IMG/VR virus record: IMGVR_UViG_2529293037_000021
Location: 1 to 7,353 of that record
From: a virus
Lineage: Duplodnaviria > Heunggongvirae > Uroviricota > Caudoviricetes
Reading direction: 5' to 3' (one strand)
DNA: 7,353 nucleotides
How positions within the stretch are numbered: the first letter of the stretch is position 1; each line of letters opens with the position of its first letter. Position numbers and translations under genes: made by a program. This document shows, one piece after another, positions 1 through 7,353 of the stretch. Under the pieces are notes generated by a model. It was not told where the DNA came from. It saw only the letters and a list, made by a program, of their open reading frames with translations, and searched no databases.

Positions 1-1
1 G

Positions 2-103
2 ATAGGGCCGGAGGCGGCAGGCAGTCTTGTGCAGCTGATTGACCAGCGGGTGCAGGCGGTGATGCTGTCCATGCGACGTGACGGAGGAATGCTGAGTGGC
101 TGA
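2..103 (+). CDS. C-terminal end of tail tape-measure protein (lambda gpH-like), partial at 5' end
   Basis: Open frame running in from the window start, stop TGA at 101-103 overlapping the GTG start of M at 96 (GTGGCTGA). Position directly upstream of M matches lambda H-M order. Assignment is by synteny only; the 33 translated residues are too short for me to recognise. Confidence 0.45.
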   Translation: MGPEAAGSLVQLIDQRVQAVMLSMRRDGGMLSG

Positions 104-437
104 GATAAAAACGCTGCATCTGGTCCCGCGTGAAGGGATGCAGGTGAGTGAGAAGCCGTCGGTGGTGAGGGTGCGGTTTGGTGACGGTTATGAACAGCGC
201 CGCCCCACAGGGCTGAATCCTCAACTGAAGACGTTTCAGGCGGTGTTCCGGGTGACGGATGAGTCAACCCGGCGCTGGCTGGATGAATTTTTATCCTGGC
301 ATGGTGGTTACCGTGCCTTTTTGTGGCGACCGCCGAAACATAACCGGACGGTGAGGGTTGTGTGCCGTGAGTGGAGTGTCACGGATAATGCCCGGTACAG
401 TGATTTCAGTTGCACGATAGAGCAGGTGGTGAACTGA
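96..437 (+). CDS. M: Minor tail protein M (lambda gpM family)
   Basis: 113-aa ORF with GTG start preceded by GGAGGAA (84-90). Translation contains VRFGDGY...HGG...FLW...EQVVN, which aligns along its length with lambda gpM as I recall it. Stop overlaps the L start (TGATG at 435-439). Confidence 0.88.
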   Translation: MAEIKTLHLVPREGMQVSEKPSVVRVRFGDGYEQRRPTGLNPQLKTFQAVFRVTDESTRRWLDEFLSWHGGYRAFLWRPPKHNRTVRVVCREWSVTDNARYSDFSCTIEQVVN

Positions 438-1134
438 TGCAGAATATTCATGAAGAAAGCCTGAACGAGTCGGTTAAGTCAGAGCAGTCACCGCGGGTGG
501 TGCTCTGGGAAATCGACCTGACGGTGCAGGGCGGTGAGCGGTATTTTTTCTGCAATGAGCTGAATGAAAAAAGGGAGCCGGTGACCTGGCAGGGGCGGCA
601 ATATCAGGCGTACCCGATTGAGGGCAGTGGCTTTGAGATGAACGGAAAGGGCAGCAGTGCCCGCCCGTCGCTGACGGTGTCCAATCTGTTCGGTCTTGTC
701 ACCGGGATGGCGGAGGATTTGCAGAGCCTGGTGGGTGCCACGGTGGTCCGCCGCCGGGTGTATGCCCGTTTTCTGGATGCGGTGAATTTTGTGGCGGGCA
801 ATCCGGAGGCGACCCGGAGCAGGAGCTGAGCGACCGCTGGGTGGTGGAGCAGATGTCAGAGCTGACGGCCATGACAGCCTCGTTTGTGCTGGCAACACCG
901 ACGGAGACGGACGGAGCGCTGTTTCCCGGTCGCATCATGCTGGCGAACACCTGTATGTGGGATTACCGGGGAGATGAATGCGGTTATCACGGTCCTGCGG
1001 TGGCGGATGAGTTCGACAACCCCACCACGGATATCCGGAAGGACAGATGCAGTAAATGCATGCGCGGGTGTGAGATGCGCGGCATGGTGGCTAATTTCGG
1101 CGGTTTCCTTTCCATTAACAAACTTTCGCAGTAA
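437..1134 (+). pseudogene. L: Tail tip protein L (lambda gpL family), interrupted by a 1-nt frameshift near 808-812
   Basis: N-terminal part (ATG 437, frame 2: MQNIHEESLNE...VVLWEIDLT...GERYFFCNE...VTWQGRQYQ...VNFVAGNPEA) stops at TGA 827-829. The C-terminal part continues in frame 1 from about 811 (DPEQELSDRWVVEQMSEL...TPTETDG...FPGRIMLANTC...NFGGFLSINKLSQ, stop 1132-1134). Both parts are collinear with lambda gpL, and restoring one base in GAGGCG(G)ACCCGG rejoins them. The true start is ATG 437, not the upstream in-frame ATG at 410. Confidence 0.85.
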
Positions 1135-1139
1135 ATCCA

Positions 1140-1883
1140 ATGACACAGACAGAATCAGCGATTCTGGCGCATGCCCGGCGGTGTGTGCCTGCGGAGTCGT
1201 GCGGCTTCGTGGTGAGAACGCCGGAGGGGGAGCGGTATATCCCTTGTGTGAATATCTCTGCAGAGCCGGAGGCGTATTTTCGTATTGCACCGGAAGACTG
1301 GCTGCGGGCAGAGATGCAGGGGGAGATTGTGGCACTGGTCCACAGTCATCCCGGTGGTCTGCCCTGGCTGAGCGAGGCCGACCGGCGGCTGCAGATAAAA
1401 AGTGCACTGTCCTGGTGGCTGGTCTGCCGGGGGGAAATTCATAAATTCCGCTGTGTGCCACATCTGACAGGACGGCGCTTTGAGCACGGGGTGACGGACT
1501 GTTACACGCTGTTCCGGGATGCTTATCATCTGGCGGGGACTGAAATGCCGGATTTTGAGCGTGAGGATGACTGGTGGCGCAACGGTCAGAACCTTTACCT
1601 GGACAATATGGCGGTCACCGGCTTTTACCGGGTGCCCCTGTCCTCTGCACAGGCGGGCGATATTCTGCTGTGCTGCTTTGGTGCTTCGGTACCGAACCAT
1701 GCCGCCATTTACTGCGGCAACGGTGAGCTGCTTCACCATCTGCCTGAACAACTGAGTAAACGGGAGAGGTATTCCGAAAAATGGCAACGACGAACGCATT
1801 CTGTCTGGCGTCACCGCCACTGGCACGCATCTGCCTTCACGGGGATTTGCAACGATTTGGCCGCCGCCTCAGCCTGTATGTGA
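1140..1883 (+). CDS. K: Tail assembly protein K (lambda gpK family) with N-terminal JAB/MPN metalloprotease-like domain and C-terminal NlpC/P60 cysteine peptidase-like domain
   Basis: 247-aa ORF starting 5 nt after the L stop. JAMM-type motif HSHPGGLPWLSEAD (H-x-H-x7-S-x2-D) with upstream Glu residues; NlpC/P60-like catalytic Cys in GVTDCYTLF and His in PNHAAIY/LLHH. Strong collinearity with lambda gpK. Confidence 0.9.
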   Translation: MTQTESAILAHARRCVPAESCGFVVRTPEGERYIPCVNISAEPEAYFRIAPEDWLRAEMQGEIVALVHSHPGGLPWLSEADRRLQIKSALSWWLVCRGEIHKFRCVPHLTGRRFEHGVTDCYTLFRDAYHLAGTEMPDFEREDDWWRNGQNLYLDNMAVTGFYRVPLSSAQAGDILLCCFGASVPNHAAIYCGNGELLHHLPEQLSKRERYSEKWQRRTHSVWRHRHWHASAFTGICNDLAAASACM

Positions 1884-2461
1884 ACACGGCAGCGGAAGCC
1901 ATCCGTGCCCTGTCGCTGCAGATGCCGGGATTCCGCCGTCAGATGAACGAAGGCTGGTACCAGATACGTATTCGCGGTGAGGACACGGCACCGGAGGCGG
2001 TGTACGCCCGTCTTCACGAACCTCTGGGTGAGGGGGCGGTCATCCATATTGTGCCGCGACTGGCCGGGGCCGGAAAGGGCGGACTGCAGATTGTGCTGGG
2101 GGCGGCAGCCATCGTGGGCTCTTTCTTCACGGCCGGGGCATCAATGGCGTTATGGGGTTCAGCCCTGGCAGCCGGTGGTTTTTCTGCCACCACGATGCTG
2201 TTTTCACTGGGGGCCAGCATGATTCTGGGCGGTGTGGCCCAGATGCTGGCCCCGAAGGCAAAAACACCGGATTACCGCGCAACGGATAACGGCAGACAGA
2301 ACACGTACTTTTCGTCACTGGATAACATGATTGCCCAGGGGAACCCGATGCCGGTGCCTTATGGTGAAATGCTGGTTGGTTCACGACGGATATCCCAGGA
2401 CATCAGCACCCGTGATGAGGGCGGAGACGGGAAGGTGGTGGTTATCGGGCGGCAGGCATGA
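1781..2461 (+). CDS. I: Tail assembly protein I (lambda gpI family; N-terminal ubiquitin-like domain, Gly/Ala-rich hydrophobic C-terminal half)
   Basis: 226-aa ORF overlapping the 3' end of K by 103 nt in a different frame, as in lambda K/I. Translation contains ARICLHGDLQRFGRR, AVIHIVPR, FSLGASMILGGVAQMLAPKA, TDNGRQNTYFSSLDNM and ends VVVIGRQA, closely matching lambda gpI. Confidence 0.9.
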   Translation: MATTNAFCLASPPLARICLHGDLQRFGRRLSLYVNTAAEAIRALSLQMPGFRRQMNEGWYQIRIRGEDTAPEAVYARLHEPLGEGAVIHIVPRLAGAGKGGLQIVLGAAAIVGSFFTAGASMALWGSALAAGGFSATTMLFSLGASMILGGVAQMLAPKAKTPDYRATDNGRQNTYFSSLDNMIAQGNPMPVPYGEMLVGSRRISQDISTRDEGGDGKVVVIGRQA

Positions 2462-2472
2462 AAGCGAAAAAA

Positions 2473-2504
2473 TCCCGCAGTGCTCACGGACAGGAACTGC
2501 GGGA
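2473..2504 (-). terminator. Putative rho-independent terminator for minus-strand (sodC) transcription
   Basis: Inverted repeat TCCCGCAGT (2473-2481) / ACTGCGGGA (2496-2504), 9-bp stem with 14-nt loop. On the minus strand it is followed immediately by a T6 run (the + strand A-run at 2467-2472). Sits just after the I stop codon. Confidence 0.5.
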
Positions 2505-2622
2505 GCGTTACGAAGATTGAGTGTAAGGAATTATTCTTATGTCACGACAAAAACATTAACTCAGAGAGGGAGGATGTGCCGTTCTTTTCAGGGAGAAAGG
2601 ATTTATCGTCCTGAGGAATAAA

Positions 2623-2644
2623 GGTAAGGGGCCCGCCCCTTACC
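2623..2644. terminator. GC-rich hairpin between the convergent I and sodC genes; possible bidirectional or sodC-proximal terminator
   Basis: Perfect inverted repeat GGTAAGGGG-CCCG-CCCCTTACC (9-bp stem, 4-nt loop), 8 nt beyond the sodC stop. On the minus strand it is followed by TTTATTCC; on the + strand by TGACTGATTATTG (weak U-tract). Confidence 0.45.
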
Positions 2645-2651
2645 TGACTGA

Positions 2652-3179
2652 TTATTGAATGATGCCGCAGGCCATTCTCGCACCACCACCGCCCAGGGGC
2701 TCCGGATGGTCATGATGGTTATCACCGCCAGCATGAAGCATGAGAGAACGCCCTTTAATCTCTTTTAATGAGTTCAGTCTCGGGGCCAGGACCGGGTAGT
2801 TCGCTTTTCCGTCATGCGTCACGAACAGCGCAGGGAGGTCGCCCAGGTGTCCATCCGGAGACCAGGGGCCAAGATGTTTGCCGGTGTTTTTCGGGTCAAA
2901 GTGACCGCCAGCCGATAATGCTGCGACCGGTTTTCCGTCTTTCAGTGCCGGGGCGCAATTTCCTTTTTCGTGCACATGAAAACCATGAATGCCTTCAGAC
3001 AGAGAGTGAAGGGCTGGTGTGAACAGCAGACCGTAGGGGGTCTCCTGAATGGTTATTTTTCCAATGCTGACTTCTTTTCCGTCAGCACTGACAAGGTTCA
3101 TTGGGACTTCCTGTTCTGCTGCGTATCCGCATGATGCTGCTGTCAGCATGGCAATGGCAGCAATGATTTTACATTTCAT
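2652..3179 (-). CDS. sodC: Periplasmic Cu,Zn superoxide dismutase (SodC family), prophage-encoded cargo gene
   Basis: 175-aa ORF (ATG is the reverse complement of 3177-3179; SD GAGGG about 5 nt upstream on the minus strand). N-terminal signal-peptide-like segment [20 protein letters not shown]. Conserved Cu/Zn-SOD motifs: [10 protein letters not shown] (Cu His ligands, disulfide Cys), GGHFDP (bridging His), [17 protein letters not shown] (Zn ligands), [21 protein letters not shown] (Arg and second disulfide Cys). Closely resembles Salmonella SodCI and E. coli prophage SodC as I recall them. The six-frame ORF extends to 3686, but that N-terminal extension is antisense to J and is not part of the gene. 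Confidence 0.93.
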   Translation of the reverse strand: MKCKIIAAIAMLTAASCGYAAEQEVPMNLVSADGKEVSIGKITIQETPYGLLFTPALHSLSEGIHGFHVHEKGNCAPALKDGKPVAALSAGGHFDPKNTGKHLGPWSPDGHLGDLPALFVTHDGKANYPVLAPRLNSLKEIKGRSLMLHAGGDNHHDHPEPLGGGGARMACGIIQ

Positions 3180-3312
3180 AAAACCCTCATTAATTCCGTT
3201 AACAGACTGAGCTTGCTGGTTACAGGGTAACAAACAGCGTTCTGATGATATCGCGCAATAGCTGTGCAATATCCTATCACTGCGATTAATAATACCAATT
3301 GAGAGGAACATT
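3180..3312. promoter_or_regulatory. Intergenic region between divergent sodC and J; probable sodC promoter region and the J ribosome-binding site
   Basis: 133-bp AT-richer spacer. J SD GAGAGGA at 3301-3307 before ATG 3313. On the minus strand, a weak sigma70-like pair TTGGTA (reverse complement of 3293-3298) -16 nt- TAGGAT (reverse complement of 3271-3276) is the best candidate I can see. No strong consensus promoter is visible. Confidence 0.3.
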
Positions 3313-4881
3313 ATGGGTAAAGGTGGCGGCAGGGCGCACACGCCGGTTGAGGCAAAGGACAATCTTAAGTCCACGCAGATGATGAGCGTGATTGATGCCA
3401 TTGGTGAAGGGCCGATTGAAGGTCCGGTGAAGGGGCTGCAGAGTATCCTGGTGAACAAAACCCCGCTGACGGACACGGACGGTAATCCTGTGATACATGG
3501 TGTGACAGCGGTCTGGCGCGCCGGGGAGCAGGAGCAGACACCACCTGAAGGCTTTGAGTCTTCCGGAGCTGAAACCGCACTGGGCGTGGAAGTGACGAAG
3601 GCAAAGCCGGTGACGCGCACCATTACGTCCGCGAACATTGACCGCCTGCGGGTCACCTTCGGGGTGCAGTCACTGTTGGAGACCACCTCAAAGGGCGACC
3701 GTAATCACTCTTCTGTCCGACTGCTGATTCAGTTGCAGCGTAACGGTAACTGGGTGACGGAAAAGGATGTCACCATTAACGGCAAGACCACCTCGCAGTT
3801 CCTGGCGTCGGTGATTCTGGATAATCTGCCTCCCCGTCCCTTTAACATCCGGATGGTCCGGGAGACGGCGGACAGCACCACGGACCAGCTGCAGAATAAG
3901 ACGCTCTGGTCGTCATACACCGAAATCATCGATGTGAAACAGTGCTACCCGAACACGGCGATTGTGGGGCTGCAGGTGGATGCGGAGCAGTTTGGCGGCC
4001 AGCAGATGACGGTGAACTACCATATCCGAGGTCGCATCATCCAGGTGCCGTCAAACTATGACCCGGAAAAACGCACGTACAGCGGCATCTGGGACGGCAG
4101 CCTGAAACCGGCATACAGCAACAACCCGGCCTGGTGCCTGTGGGACATGCTGACTCACCCGCGCTACGGCATGGGAAAACGCCTGGGGGCCGCGGATGTG
4201 GACAAGTGGGCGCTGTATGCCATCGGGCAGTACTGTGACCAGCGTGTCCCTGATGGCTTCGGAGGGACAGAGCCGCGGATGACCTTTAATGCGTACCTGT
4301 CACAACAGCGTAAGGCGTGGGACGTTCTCAGTGATTTCTGCTCGGCGATGCGCTGTATGCCGGTATGGAACGGCCAGACGCTGACGTTCGTTCAGGACCG
4401 CCCGTCGGATGTGGTGTGGCCGTACACCAACTGCGATGTGGTGGTGGATGATAACGGCGTGGGGTTTCGCTACAGCTTCAGCGCCCTGAAGGACCGCCAC
4501 ACGGCGGTGGAGGTGAATTACACCGACCCGCAGAACGGCTGGCAGACCTCCACGGAACTGGTGGAAGACCCGGAAGCCATACTGCGCTACGGGCGCAACC
4601 TGCTGAAGATGGATGCGTTCGGCTGCACCAGTCGCGGTCAGGCCCACCGTGCCGGGCTGTGGGTGATAAAGACCGGACTGCTGGAAACGCAGACGGTGGA
4701 TTTCACGCTCGGGTCACAGGGGCTGCGTCACACACCCGGTGACATTATTGAAATCTGTGATAACGACTATGCCGGGACCATGACCGGCGGACGTGTCCTG
4801 TCCATCGATGCCGCCAGCCGCACGCGCAGTACTGCGACCAGACGGTCCCGGATGGTTTCGGGGGCACAGAGCCGCGGATGA
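3313..4881 (+). CDS. J: Host specificity / central tail fibre protein J (lambda gpJ family), N-terminal fragment ending at a frameshift created by an internal tandem duplication
   Basis: 522-aa ORF starting [22 protein letters not shown], collinear with the lambda gpJ N-terminus ([67 protein letters not shown]) up to ...[13 protein letters not shown]. It then reads the second repeat copy out of frame ([18 protein letters not shown]) and stops at TGA 4879-4881. Confidence 0.85.
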   Translation: MGKGGGRAHTPVEAKDNLKSTQMMSVIDAIGEGPIEGPVKGLQSILVNKTPLTDTDGNPVIHGVTAVWRAGEQEQTPPEGFESSGAETALGVEVTKAKPVTRTITSANIDRLRVTFGVQSLLETTSKGDRNHSSVRLLIQLQRNGNWVTEKDVTINGKTTSQFLASVILDNLPPRPFNIRMVRETADSTTDQLQNKTLWSSYTEIIDVKQCYPNTAIVGLQVDAEQFGGQQMTVNYHIRGRIIQVPSNYDPEKRTYSGIWDGSLKPAYSNNPAWCLWDMLTHPRYGMGKRLGAADVDKWALYAIGQYCDQRVPDGFGGTEPRMTFNAYLSQQRKAWDVLSDFCSAMRCMPVWNGQTLTFVQDRPSDVVWPYTNCDVVVDDNGVGFRYSFSALKDRHTAVEVNYTDPQNGWQTSTELVEDPEAILRYGRNLLKMDAFGCTSRGQAHRAGLWVIKTGLLETQTVDFTLGSQGLRHTPGDIIEICDNDYAGTMTGGRVLSIDAASRTRSTATRRSRMVSGAQSRG

Positions 4882-5421
4882 CTTTCAATGCGTACCTGTC
4901 ACAACAGCGTAAGGCGTGGGACGTTCTCAGTGATTTCTGCTCGGCGATGCGCCGTATGCCGGTATGGAACGGCAAGACGCTGACGTTTGTGCAGGACCGT
5001 CCGTCAGATGTGGTGTGGCCCTACACCAGCAGTGATGTGGTGGTGGATGATAACGGCGTGGGGTTTCGCTACAGCTTCAGCGCCCTGAAGGACCGCCACA
5101 CGGCGGTGGAGGTGAATTACACCGACCCGCAGAACGGCTGGCAGACCTCCACGGAACTGGTGGAAGACCCGGAAGCCATACTGCGCTACGGGCGCAACCT
5201 GCTGAAGATGGATGCGTTCGGCTGCACCAGTCGCGGTCAGGCCCACCGTGCCGGGCTGTGGGTGATAAAGACCGGACTGCTGGAAACGCAGACGATGGAT
5301 TTCACGCTCGGGTCACAGGGGCTGCGTCACACACCCGGTGACATTATTGAAATCTGTGATAACGACTATGCCGGGACCATGACCGGCGGACGTGTCCTGT
5401 CCATCGATGCCGCCAGCCGCA
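4224..5421 (+). repeat. Imperfect tandem direct duplication inside J, period 599 bp (copy 1 about 4224-4822, copy 2 about 4823-5421)
   Basis: Direct comparison of the two segments: both start ...GCAGTACTG... and end ...ATCGATGCCGCCAGCCGCAC. About 20 mismatches cluster in the first ~215 bp of the unit and only 1 in the remaining ~385 bp. 599 is not a multiple of 3. The near-identical antisense ORFs at 4300-4647 and 5004-5246 in the ORF track are a by-product of the repeat. Confidence 0.9.
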
Positions 5422-7353
5422 CCCTGACACTGGACCGTGAGGTGACCCTGCCGGAGACAGGTACACCGACGGTGAACCTGATTAACGGCAGCGGTAAGCC
5501 GGTGAGCGTGGCCATCACTGCACACCCCGCGCCGGACCGGATACAGGTCAGCACCCTGCCGGATGGCGTGGAGACATACGGTGTATGGGGACTCTCCCTG
5601 CCGTCACTGCGTCGTCGCCTGTTCCGCTGTGTCTCCGTCCGGGAAAACACGGACGGCACCTTTGCCATCACGGCGGTGCAGCACGTACCGGAAAAAGAAG
5701 CCATCGTGGATAACGGTGCCCGCTTTGAGCCGCAGTCAGGCACCCTGAACAGCGTCATCCCTCCGGCAGTGCAGCACCTGACGGTGGAGGTGAGCGCAGC
5801 TGACGGCCAGTATCTGGCGCAGGTGAAATGGGACACGCCGCGGGTGGTGAAGGGCGTGCGCTTCAGTCTGCGCCTGACCAGCGGAAGCGGAGAAGGCAGC
5901 CGTCTGGTGACCACCGCCATCACTGCGGATACAGAGCATCGTTCCAGTGGTCTGCCGCCGGGGGAATACACCCTGACGGTCAGGGCGATTAACAGTTATG
6001 GCCAGCAGGGGGAACCGGCCACCACCACGTTCAGGATTAATGCACCTGCGGTACCCGCCACGATTGAGCTGACACCGGGCTATTTTCAGATAACAGCGGT
6101 CCCGCGTCTTGCGGTGTATGACCCGACGGTACAGTTTGAGTTCTGGTTTTCGGAGACAAAAATCGCAGATACATCTCAGGTGGAAACCTCTGCCCGTTAT
6201 CTGGGGACCGGCAGTCAGTGGACTGTCCAGGGAAGCCGGATTAAGCCGGGGACGGATTTCTGGTTTTACGTGCGCAGCGTCAACCTGGTGGGGAAATCTG
6301 CGTTTGTGGAAGTCAGCGGGCAGCCCAGCAATGATGGTGAAGGGTATCTGGAATTTTTCCGGGAAAAAATAGGAAAACTGCATCTGGCTCAGGGGCTATG
6401 GGAGCTGATAGACAACAGCCAGCTTGCGGATGAGATGGCGGAGATGAAGACCACCATCACGGAAACCCGCAATGAAATCACACAGACGGTCAGTAAAACG
6501 CTGGAGAACCAGAGCGCCATCATACAGCAGATACAGCGCGTGCAGAAGGACACAAATGATGACCTTGCTGCACTTTACATGCTGAAGGTACAGAAAACAA
6601 AAAATGGCATACCCTATGTTGCCGGTATTGGAGCGGGGATTGAGGATACTGATGGCCAGCCCCTGAGCAACATACTGCTGCTGGCTGACCGTATTGCGAT
6701 GATTAACCCGGAGGACGGCAACACCACGCCGTTATTTGTGGCGCAGGGGAATCAGTTGTTCATGAACGATGTGTTCCTGAAACGACTGTTTGCGGTGAGT
6801 ATCACGTCATCCGCCAATCCCCCGACGTTTTCCCTGACGCCGGAGGGCAGGCTGACCGCAAGAAATGCTGATATCAGCGGTAACGTGAATGCGAATTCCG
6901 GGACGCTCAACAACGTCACGATTAACGGGAACTGTCGGGTTCTGGGAAAACTGTCCGCGAACCAGATTGAAGGCGATCTCGTTAAAACAGTGGGCAAAGC
7001 TTTCCCCCGGGACTCCCGTGCACCGGAGCGGTGGCCATCAGGGACCATTACCGTCAGGGTTTATGACGATCAGCCGTTTGACCGGCAGATTGTTATTCCG
7101 GCGGTGGCATTCAGCGGCGCTAAACATGAGAGAGAGCATACTGATATTTACTCCTCATGCCGTCTGATAGTGCGGAAAAACGGTGCTGAAATTTATAACC
7201 GTACCGCGCTGGATAATACGCTGATTTACAGTGGCGTTATTGATATGCCTGCCGGTCACGGTCACATGACGCTGGAGTTTTCGGTGTCAGCATGGCTGGT
7301 AAATAACTGGTATCCCACAGCAAGTATCAGCGATTTGCTGGTTGTGGTGATGA
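4878..7353 (+). CDS. J: Host specificity protein J, C-terminal portion (second repeat copy onward) in the shifted frame; partial, runs past the 3' end of the window
   Basis: The frame with codons at positions divisible by 3 is open from the stop at 4761-4763 to the window end. The first ATG is at 4878 and overlaps the stop of the N-terminal fragment (ATGA). Translation ([15 protein letters not shown]...[18 protein letters not shown]...[33 protein letters not shown]...[11 protein letters not shown]...VFLKRL...[14 protein letters not shown]...) is collinear with the lambda gpJ middle and C-terminal regions. Whether translation actually starts at 4878 is unknown. Confidence 0.6.
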   Translation, partial: MTFNAYLSQQRKAWDVLSDFCSAMRRMPVWNGKTLTFVQDRPSDVVWPYTSSDVVVDDNGVGFRYSFSALKDRHTAVEVNYTDPQNGWQTSTELVEDPEAILRYGRNLLKMDAFGCTSRGQAHRAGLWVIKTGLLETQTMDFTLGSQGLRHTPGDIIEICDNDYAGTMTGGRVLSIDAASRTLTLDREVTLPETGTPTVNLINGSGKPVSVAITAHPAPDRIQVSTLPDGVETYGVWGLSLPSLRRRLFRCVSVRENTDGTFAITAVQHVPEKEAIVDNGARFEPQSGTLNSVIPPAVQHLTVEVSAADGQYLAQVKWDTPRVVKGVRFSLRLTSGSGEGSRLVTTAITADTEHRSSGLPPGEYTLTVRAINSYGQQGEPATTTFRINAPAVPATIELTPGYFQITAVPRLAVYDPTVQFEFWFSETKIADTSQVETSARYLGTGSQWTVQGSRIKPGTDFWFYVRSVNLVGKSAFVEVSGQPSNDGEGYLEFFREKIGKLHLAQGLWELIDNSQLADEMAEMKTTITETRNEITQTVSKTLENQSAIIQQIQRVQKDTNDDLAALYMLKVQKTKNGIPYVAGIGAGIEDTDGQPLSNILLLADRIAMINPEDGNTTPLFVAQGNQLFMNDVFLKRLFAVSITSSANPPTFSLTPEGRLTARNADISGNVNANSGTLNNVTINGNCRVLGKLSANQIEGDLVKTVGKAFPRDSRAPERWPSGTITVRVYDDQPFDRQIVIPAVAFSGAKHEREHTDIYSSCRLIVRKNGAEIYNRTALDNTLIYSGVIDMPAGHGHMTLEFSVSAWLVNNWYPTASISDLLVVVM

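Noticed and set aside
800-830. Programmed ribosomal frameshift in L
   Set aside because: There is no slippery heptamer or downstream structure at the frame change, and lambda gpL is made as a single unshifted polypeptide. A 1-nt indel is the simpler explanation.
856-1826. Long antisense ORFs opposite L and K (856-1461 and 1155-1826, minus strand)
   Set aside because: They lie entirely within well-supported + strand genes, and their translations are Arg/Pro/Ala-rich with low complexity, typical of spurious antisense frames in GC-rich coding DNA. No RBS or recognisable motifs.
2331-2621. 96-aa + strand ORF spanning the I 3' end and the I-sodC spacer, including a 15-aa peptide start at 2573 directly after GAGGGAGG
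   Set aside because: It overlaps I out of frame. The GAGGGAGG abuts the ATG with no spacer, so it cannot act as an SD, and the product has no recognisable features.
3110-3179. SodC as a lipoprotein (Cys in ...LTAASC...)
   Set aside because: The residues before the Cys (A-A-S) do not fit the lipobox consensus, which wants L/V/I at -3. A signal-peptidase-I site after GYA is more likely. Left as an unlipidated periplasmic enzyme.
2652-3686. 344-aa minus-strand ORF suggesting a much longer SodC
   Set aside because: The first ~170 residues are antisense to the J start region and have no SOD-like sequence. The internal Met at 3179 has an SD and gives a normal-length 175-aa SodC with signal peptide.
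4300-5246. Two nearly identical minus-strand ORFs (4300-4647 and 5004-5246) that might look like a duplicated small gene
   Set aside because: They are antisense reflections of the two copies of the 599-bp repeat inside J, not independent genes.
4224-5421. Diversity-generating retroelement (template/variable repeat pair) acting on the tail fibre
   Set aside because: Differences between the copies involve all base types and are mostly synonymous, not adenine-specific. The repeats are in tandem within the gene rather than at its 3' end, and no reverse transcriptase gene is present in the window.
5366-6383. Antisense ORFs opposite J (5366-5971 and 5736-6383, minus strand)
   Set aside because: Same reasoning: embedded antisense to a strongly supported J coding frame, with low-complexity translations.
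1-7353. CRISPR arrays, tRNA/rRNA genes, insertion sequences, integrase or attachment sites
   Set aside because: No short regularly spaced repeats, no tRNA-like cloverleaf candidates, and no terminal inverted repeats or transposase/integrase-like ORFs were seen. The only large repeat is the intragenic J duplication.

Overview
This window is the tail-tip module of a lambda-like (lambdoid) prophage on the + strand: the end of the tape-measure gene (H), then M, L, K, I and the host-specificity gene J, in lambda gene order. A Cu,Zn superoxide dismutase gene (sodC) sits on the opposite strand between I and J as a self-contained cargo gene ('moron') with its own terminators. Two tail genes look broken: L has a 1-nt frameshift near 808-812, and J carries a 599-bp imperfect tandem duplication (about 4224-4822 and 4823-5421) that shifts the frame and causes a premature stop at 4879-4881. 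sodC appears intact. I found no CRISPR array, tRNA/rRNA, insertion sequence or integrase, and no evidence for a novel multi-gene system; the J duplication and the intact-cargo/broken-tail contrast are the most interesting signals. All protein identifications are from reading the translations against remembered lambda and SodC sequences and motifs; no database search was run.
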